Assembly (NCBI GenBank): GCA_046726415.1
Contig: JBKPAK010000291.1
Location: 1 to 23,870, forward strand
Direction: 5' to 3'
From: Candidatus Methylomirabilota bacterium
Lineage (GTDB): Bacteria > Methylomirabilota > Methylomirabilia > Rokubacteriales > CSP1-6
Length of the DNA: 23,870 nt
Below are positions 18,365 through 23,870 of the stretch, piece by piece. The translations under genes and the position numbers were made by a program. Below the pieces are notes generated by a model that was given only the letters and a program-made list of their open reading frames with translations, was not told the origin of the DNA and made no database searches. Position 1 is the first letter of the stretch. The number at the start of each line of letters is the position of its first letter.

Positions 18365-18888
18365 ATGGAGCACGGGCTCTTCATTGGTGAGGTTGCGACC
18401 CGGAGCGGATTGAGCCGTAGGGCGCTGCGGCTCTACGAGGCGCGAGGCATCCTCCCGGCGCCCCGCCGCACGGCATCCGGCTATCGTTCCTACCCCGTTG
18501 ACGTCCTCGGCCTGCTGGCCTTCGTGGGACGTGCCCGCCGGCTTGGTCTGACCCTCGGAGAGATCGCCCATGTCGTGGCCTTGCGGCGGGCAGGAGTGCC
18601 CCGTGCATCCACGTCCGCCAGCTCCTCGAGCAGAAAGTTGCCGACCTGGAAGGCATGCTCGGCGAATTGCGCCACACCCTCAGCTCTTGGCGTGCCGACA
18701 CGGGACGCCGGGCCGCTGTCTGTCCACATATCGAAGGGAAAGGAGGTGACACGCCATGGAGAAGCTCATCGTCTCCCTCTGCCCGGCATGCATGGCCTGC
18801 CCCGAGGTCGTCATCGAGGGCGAACAGATCCGCATCGGTGAGGCCGAGAACACGGTCGTCCTCGGGAAAGCCGAGTGGAATGTCCTAG
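18365..18888 (+). CDS. MerR-family heavy-metal regulator with a single frameshift at ~18596
   Basis: IGEVATRSGLSRRALRLYEARGIL..RTASGYRSY..ARRLGLTLGEI; shifted frame continues APCIHVRQLLEQK...VCPHIE. Confidence 0.85.
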
Positions 18889-18926
18889 TCGAGGCCATTC
18901 AATCCGGTCAACTTGGCCGGGTGTAA
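18756..18926 (+). CDS. 56-aa CxxCxxC microprotein (absent from ORF track)
   Basis: Very strong SD AAAGGAGGTGA 18739-18749; MEKLIVSLCPACMACPEVVIEGEQIRIGEAENTVVLGKAEWNVLVEAIQSGQLGRV. Confidence 0.85.
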   Translation: MEKLIVSLCPACMACPEVVIEGEQIRIGEAENTVVLGKAEWNVLVEAIQSGQLGRV

Positions 18927-18934
18927 GAACCGCA

Positions 18935-18965
18935 GGCGTCGGGGAGCAGCGAAGCCCCCGACGCC
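18935..18965 (+). terminator. GC-rich hairpin after the microprotein gene
   Basis: GGCGTCGGGG / CCCCGACGCC perfect 10-bp stem; no U tract. Confidence 0.4.
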
Positions 18966-19552
18966 CTCTGACTCGAATTGCGGGACATCGTCGAGCCGCG
19001 CCCAACTCTGGCCGGCGTGCCCCGGGCTGTCATACATGGCGGCGATGCGACCCGGGCCTCGACCGTTTCTCACAGCACCGCGACATGACGATCGGTTCAC
19101 GAGGGAGAACCCGCGCTGCGTCCGTCGAGCCACCGGTGTGGGTCGCCGCCGTCGTGCCCGCGAATATAGTTCCGACAATGCACCCTGCGGGCGAGCAACT
19201 TTTTCATGGGTCTCCTCCCGCTCCTCTCGCCCTAAGGCTCGATCGTTTGTTTCGCTGCACGAATCCGACGCGAGCATCCCGCGACCTTACGTCGATCCGG
19301 TGTCGCGCAAAGCAGGTGCTAGGCGAGGTCGTGGCTTCGCTCAGCTCGGCGCCTTCGCTCTTTCAGACGGGATAGCCGGCGGAGACGTTGAGGTCGGGTT
19401 GATGGCGCGGCCCTCGGAGGGTGCGCGATCAGCGATCAGCAGCGGATCCAATCTCAGGCTGCCCGCCGCAGCGCCCTCGCGGAGACCTTATGGCATGTGC
19501 ATTGCCGATGGTGGGTGCAGAAGGCTGCGACGTGAGGAAGGAGATTGTTGAG

Positions 19553-19972
19553 GTGCGGGGCAAAGCGCATCGAATGAGTCTTGTCCTTCTGCTTCTGGCT
19601 CTCACCGTCGGTGAGGCCTTGGGCGCCACAACGCAGTGGCAGCGCGGGAGCCTGCGGCCTCTGACCGTGGGATGGCAACAGTTCTTCCGGGTCCAGTGGG
19701 ATGTGGCGAAGGTCAGCGGCCGGCCCGTGGTCGAGGGCTATATCACGAACACCTGGGGCTTCGCCGCCACGGACATTCGGCTCCTGGTGAACGGCTATGA
19801 CAGCTCCGGGAAGAGGGTCGGGCAACTCGTCGCCTGGGGCCCGAACGAGGTCGACCCTGGCTCTCGGGTGTATTTCGATGTGTCTGTGCCGCGAGCGGCG
19901 TCATATGAAGTGGCGATCTTCTCGTGGAACTGGATTCAGAGTGGTGGCGGCAAAGACATCCATCGGCGCTAG
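19553..19972 (+). CDS. Exported Ig-like protein, FxLYD-domain-like
   Basis: SD AAGGAG before GTG 19553; signal peptide; VEGYITN...LLVNGYDSSGKRVG...VDPGSRVYFDV. Confidence 0.65.
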   Translation: MRGKAHRMSLVLLLLALTVGEALGATTQWQRGSLRPLTVGWQQFFRVQWDVAKVSGRPVVEGYITNTWGFAATDIRLLVNGYDSSGKRVGQLVAWGPNEVDPGSRVYFDVSVPRAASYEVAIFSWNWIQSGGGKDIHRR

Positions 19973-20064
19973 CAACACCCGTGGTCGGTTCTTCGGAGAG
20001 GAACGCGCCGCTCGGCCGAGAAACCGCTAGGCTTGTTTACGGTCTGATCTCGGGCCCCGGGGCC

Positions 20065-20520
20065 TTGCGACGCGCGTGGCGGATTCCCGGCCCGAATCCT
20101 CGATCGGCGGCGACGCCACCGCGTTTGGCGGCGGGACTCGTCCTGGCCGCTCTGCTACCCAGCTGCGCAACACCTCGGGGCGCTGTCACGTCGCCCGCAC
20201 CGGCAGAGCTTCGCCGTTCGGTTCAGGTCGGCTACGCGTCGTGGTATGGGAAGCCGCACCATGGTCGCCGGACGACCAGCGGGGAGATCTACAACATGAA
20301 CGAGCTGACGGCCGCGCATCCCGTCCTCCCCATGGGGACGCGCTTGCTCGTGACTAATCTCAGGAACGGCCGTTCGGTCGAGGTGCGCGTGAACGACCGC
20401 GGTCCCTTCGTCGACGGCCGCATTCTCGACCTGTCATACGCGGCGGCACGCCATCTGGGTGCTGTCGCCGAGGGCGTCATTCGCGTGCGCGCTCGCGTGG
20501 TCACTGTCCCGACGCGCTGA
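20065..20520 (+). CDS. rlpA: RlpA-family lytic transglycosylase lipoprotein (start uncertain)
   Basis: Lipobox LPSC; GYASWYG, TAAHPVLPMGT, VRVNDRGPF, ILDLSYAAA. Confidence 0.88.
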   Translation: MRRAWRIPGPNPRSAATPPRLAAGLVLAALLPSCATPRGAVTSPAPAELRRSVQVGYASWYGKPHHGRRTTSGEIYNMNELTAAHPVLPMGTRLLVTNLRNGRSVEVRVNDRGPFVDGRILDLSYAAARHLGAVAEGVIRVRARVVTVPTR

Positions 20521-20645
20521 TTCGACGTTTCGAGCTTGGCGGCTTCGGGATGGTCTGTTCTTCCTCGTAGCATTACGAGAGCAGGCCAAGGCGCTCCGGT
20601 TGAATAGCTCGCGAAGTCGTCTGCCCCCGCCGTGGCTCGGTAAGG

Positions 20646-21305
20646 CTAGCCGCGCGCCGGTGCCTTTTCGCTCCGCGGTCGCCAGCCGCCTGGACGCGAG
20701 GCCTTACTGTGCATGTCCCCGGAGCGCAACATGGAACCACGAGGATCAGCAGGCCGCCCATTCACAAGGATTTCAAGGATTTCATAGTGCAGGTGTGGTC
20801 CTGACGCGTTGCCGGTGACGCCCGTCAGGCCAAGCATGGCTCCCCGCTCGACCTTCTGACCCGGTTTCACAGCGACCTTCGAGAGATGACCATAGAGAGT
20901 CTGGAGCCCGTGCCCGTGATCGATCATGATCGTTTTGCCGTAACCGCGGCGCGGGCGAGCGGAAGTGACAGTGCCGGCCGCCGGGGCTTGGACCGGCGTC
21001 CCCGGACGGGCCCCAATGTCGATGCCGTTGTGGAAGCGCGTCCTCCAAAACGAGCGCCGTGCCCCAAATTGTGAATTGATGGGGCCGTGCACCGGCTGTT
21101 GCGCCCGCAACGAGGCAAGCGCCTGTGAGGCGCGGGGCTTGATCACGTTTGCGCCGCGCAGCTGAGTCGCTGCGCGGGGATGAGCGGGCACCGCCGCACC
21201 CTGAACGATCTGACGCGACTGCGCCTGGGCCCCCACGATCAACGTTAATCCGGCGCCGAGGATGAGCCCCGTCAGCGCCACCCCCTGCAACCAGAACAAC
21301 CGCAT
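20646..21305 (-). CDS. M23-family metallopeptidase
   Basis: N-terminal signal/anchor; HNGID, TLYGHLS, GVTGNASGPHLHYEI. Confidence 0.88.
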   Translation of the reverse strand: MRLFWLQGVALTGLILGAGLTLIVGAQAQSRQIVQGAAVPAHPRAATQLRGANVIKPRASQALASLRAQQPVHGPINSQFGARRSFWRTRFHNGIDIGARPGTPVQAPAAGTVTSARPRRGYGKTIMIDHGHGLQTLYGHLSKVAVKPGQKVERGAMLGLTGVTGNASGPHLHYEILEILVNGRPADPRGSMLRSGDMHSKASRPGGWRPRSEKAPARG

Positions 21306-21627
21306 CGTCGTCGACCCCCCATGCCCCCTTCGCCGGTAATCGATCCTGCGTAAAGGGCACCCCATGAGATGGTCCACTCTCTGCGAAGTGCCGTAGTCGC
21401 TCCGGCCGCCATCGCGAGCTGGGGCGATGTCTGAGATTCCTAGCAACAGTGGCGCCAAAAGGCCGCGGGGAGCCGACGACCTACGATGTTGCTGGTGGTA
21501 GCTTCCGGGGCAGGCGGAAGCCGCAACGGAGGAGCCTGGGCGGACCAACGGACAACGGTCCTCAATCATCGCGGCCCGCCCCAAGGGGCGTTCCATCACG
21601 GTGGCCCGTGGCTTGCCCTTCGTTGCG

Positions 21628-21835
21628 CTAGCAGATTCGCGGAAGCTCATCGCCCTGTCCACGATCTCCGCCCTCCCACCCTGGTCCGCATGACAGATGA
21701 CGAGGCAGGCTCTTCCTCTACCACTTCACCCACCACCCGGGCCTCGCCGCCCTCCGGATGCTCGCGCATGGCCCCGATCACCCGGACCGCATACTCTCGA
21801 GGGGTGGCCGTAGGAGATCAATCGAGGCCCTCGGC
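21628..21835 (-). pseudogene. hypE: C-terminal remnant of hydrogenase maturation protein HypE
   Basis: AMREHPEGGEARVVGEVVEE...VMRTRVGGRR / IVD / GDELPRIC-stop; PRIC is the HypE C-terminal signature. Confidence 0.8.
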
Positions 21836-21943
21836 GAGGGTTCGAAAAATCGAAGTGATCCCGCCTGTGTCTATCACTCTGACCCGGTACCCGAACGCGC
21901 GCCCACGTCGCTCGTTCGGGACACTGTGTTATACATGGTGGCG

Positions 21944-22210
21944 ATGCGATCTTGGTCCCGACGCCTTCTCGCATGGGCTGTCGCAATCGCGTGGCTCGTG
22001 CTCGGACCCCTGGCAATGCTCTACGGGCCGTGCGTGATCATGTGCGACGCGTGCGACATGACGTGTCCGGCCGCCCCGGGCGTCGGGCACGCGCCGCGAG
22101 TCGCCTCCGTGGTCGCCCTCGATGAAGCGCCGGTGGCCACGGGCGAGCCGCACCTGACCATCGCCCTCAGTCCGCCCGCTCCGCCTCCAAAGTCCCTCCT
22201 CTCCGCCTAG
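21944..22210 (+). CDS. Cys-rich exported leader protein with polyproline tail upstream of cusA (alternative ATG 21935)
   Basis: Signal-like N-terminus; CVIMCDACDMTC; tail SPPAPPPKSLLSA; possible extended -10 TGtTATACA at 21927-21935. Confidence 0.75.
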   Translation: MRSWSRRLLAWAVAIAWLVLGPLAMLYGPCVIMCDACDMTCPAAPGVGHAPRVASVVALDEAPVATGEPHLTIALSPPAPPPKSLLSA

Positions 22211-22316
22211 GTTTCTTCAAGAAGGCGCCAAGCTTCACAAGGGGCCTGCCCCTGTCCGCGTTACCGGGACGGGATGCCGACCGGAGAGGAACGTCTGAGA
22301 GCGTGGTCTCTCGATG
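22197..22316 (+). promoter_or_regulatory. Anti-SD/SD pairing and spacer hairpin ahead of cusA
   Basis: TCCTCTCCG (22197-22205) is the exact reverse complement of CGGAGAGGA (22282-22290); GAGAG-N6-CTCTC hairpin at 22297-22312. Confidence 0.6.
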
Positions 22317-23870
22317 ATCAACTGGCTGATCGACGCGTCCCTGCGCAACCGCTTTCTCGTGGTGGTGGTCTGTCTGCTCATTGGCGTCTGGGGGTGCTGG
22401 GCGCTGCTCACCACGCCCATCGACGCCATCCCCGATCTCAGCGACAACCAGGTCATCGTCTTCACGGACTGGCCGGGGCGCTCGCCCCAGGAGGTCGAGG
22501 ACCAGGTGACGTATCCCCTGACGGTTAGCCTGCAGGGCCTGCCCGGGGTTCGGGTGGTGCGCGCCTCGTCCGCTTTCGGCTTCTCGATGATCAACATCAT
22601 CTTCGAGGACGATGTCGACCTCTACTTCGCGCGCTCGCGCGTCCTGGAGCGCCTGAATCTCCTCGCGAAGTCGCTGCCTGCTGGCGTGGTCCCGACCCTT
22701 GGGCCTGACGCGACCGGGGTGGGGCACGTCTTCTGGTACACGGTGGAGGGGCCGGGCCGATCACTGCGTGACCTCCGGTCCATCCAGGACTGGTATGTCC
22801 GCTATCAGCTCAACTCCGTCCCCGGGGTGGCCGAGGTGGCGAGCGTGGGCGGGGTGGTCCGCCAGTACCAGGTGGACGTTGATCCCAACCGCCTCCGCGC
22901 ATTCCGCATCCCCATCTCTGCGGTGGTCGACGCGGTCATGAAGAGCAACCGCAACGTTGGCGGCAACGTAGTGGAGGGGAGCGGGACGTGGACCGTGATC
23001 CGCGGGCTCGGGCTGATCGAGAGCGTGCGGGACCTCGAACGTCTCGTGCTGGTCGCGCAGAACGGCACGCCGATCTACGTGGCCCAGGTGGCCGACGTGA
23101 AGGTGGGCGACGCCTTCCGCGTGGCCGCCCTGATGAAGGGCACCGAGGAAGCGGTGGGCGGCGTCGTGGTGGCCCGTTCCGGCGTGAGCACCGTCGAGGT
23201 CATCGCGCGGGTGAAGGAGAAGATCGGCGCCCTGCAGGCGGGGCTCCCGCCTGGCGTGCGGATCGTTTCTTTCTACGACCGGTCGAGCCTGATCCAGCGA
23301 GCGGTGGACACGCTCAAGCGTGCGTTATTCGAGGAGATCATCGTCGTCACCGCGGTGAACGTGTTGTTCCTCCTCAACCTCCGCTCGGTCCTGATCGTCA
23401 CCATCCCGCTGCCGCTGGCCGTGCTGATCGCCTTCATCTTCATGCGCTACCTCGGCATCAGCTCCAACATCATGTCGCTGGCGGGCATCGCCATCGCCAT
23501 CGGCGTTCTCGTGGACGCGGCCATCGTCGTCACCGAAAACTGCTTCCGGCTGATGGAGCAGCGCGGGGTGAATCCGCGCGACCGGACCCGCGTCCTCGCC
23601 ACGGTGCTGGACGCCTCGCGCGCGGTCGGCCGCCCGATCTTCTTCTCCATGGCCATCATCCTCCTGGCGTTCATCCCGGTCTTCGCGCTCACGGGCCAGG
23701 AGGGCAAGCTCTTCCATCCGCTGGCCTTCACTAAGACCTTTTCGATGGCCGGCGCAACGCTGCTCTCGGTGACGCTGGTGCCCGTGCTATGCGCCCTGCT
23801 CATCGGGGGACGCGTCCGGGGCGAGGAGCGCAACCCGGTGATGCGCCTGCTCGTCTGGCTCTACCGGCCG
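22314..23870 (+). CDS. cusA: CusA/CzcA-family heavy-metal RND efflux transporter, runs off the window
   Basis: [94 protein letters not shown]. Confidence 0.93.
   Translation, partial: MINWLIDASLRNRFLVVVVCLLIGVWGCWALLTTPIDAIPDLSDNQVIVFTDWPGRSPQEVEDQVTYPLTVSLQGLPGVRVVRASSAFGFSMINIIFEDDVDLYFARSRVLERLNLLAKSLPAGVVPTLGPDATGVGHVFWYTVEGPGRSLRDLRSIQDWYVRYQLNSVPGVAEVASVGGVVRQYQVDVDPNRLRAFRIPISAVVDAVMKSNRNVGGNVVEGSGTWTVIRGLGLIESVRDLERLVLVAQNGTPIYVAQVADVKVGDAFRVAALMKGTEEAVGGVVVARSGVSTVEVIARVKEKIGALQAGLPPGVRIVSFYDRSSLIQRAVDTLKRALFEEIIVVTAVNVLFLLNLRSVLIVTIPLPLAVLIAFIFMRYLGISSNIMSLAGIAIAIGVLVDAAIVVTENCFRLMEQRGVNPRDRTRVLATVLDASRAVGRPIFFSMAIILLAFIPVFALTGQEGKLFHPLAFTKTFSMAGATLLSVTLVPVLCALLIGGRVRGEERNPVMRLLVWLYRP

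Noticed and set aside
19085..19130. QRGFSLV prepilin-like motif on the minus strand
   Set aside because: No Glu+5 or hydrophobic helix in frame; at best an unprovable relic.
1..23870. CRISPR array, tRNA or rRNA genes
   Set aside because: No regularly spaced repeats or recognisable structural RNA seen by eye; a covariance-model search was not run.

Overview
High-GC bacterial accessory region; the gene repertoire suggests Methylomirabilota/Rokubacteria, which is inference only. 0.5-4.7 kb: small exported proteins (including two paralogs, one apparently starting at ATT), an orphan peptidase-S74 chaperone domain and the 3' tip of an integron integrase. 4.9-10.2 kb: an intact SsuABC/TauABC-type ABC importer, a SoxC-like molybdoenzyme with a cytochrome c, and a convergent Asp/Glu-racemase-superfamily protein lacking both catalytic Cys. 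10.4-13.3 kb: decayed pieces (YjgR/DUF853 ATPase, phage-type integrase, copper-amine-oxidase-like gene, ISNCY/IS1202-like IS end). 13.4-23.9 kb: a copper/heavy-metal island with TolC, a two-domain multicopper oxidase, cytochrome c, an OB-fold-like protein, a CopA remnant, a MerR regulator with an unlisted 56-aa CxxCxxC microprotein, FxLYD-like, RlpA and M23 genes, a hypE remnant and the 5' half of cusA. The most notable signal is that both metal-export units start with a short exported metal-binding leader ORF with a Pro-rich tail whose 3' end can base-pair with the next gene's Shine-Dalgarno. This is the architecture of ribosome-stalling metal sensors (CutF/CruR-like), here with two unrelated ligand sets. 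All family calls are by motif recognition, not database search.
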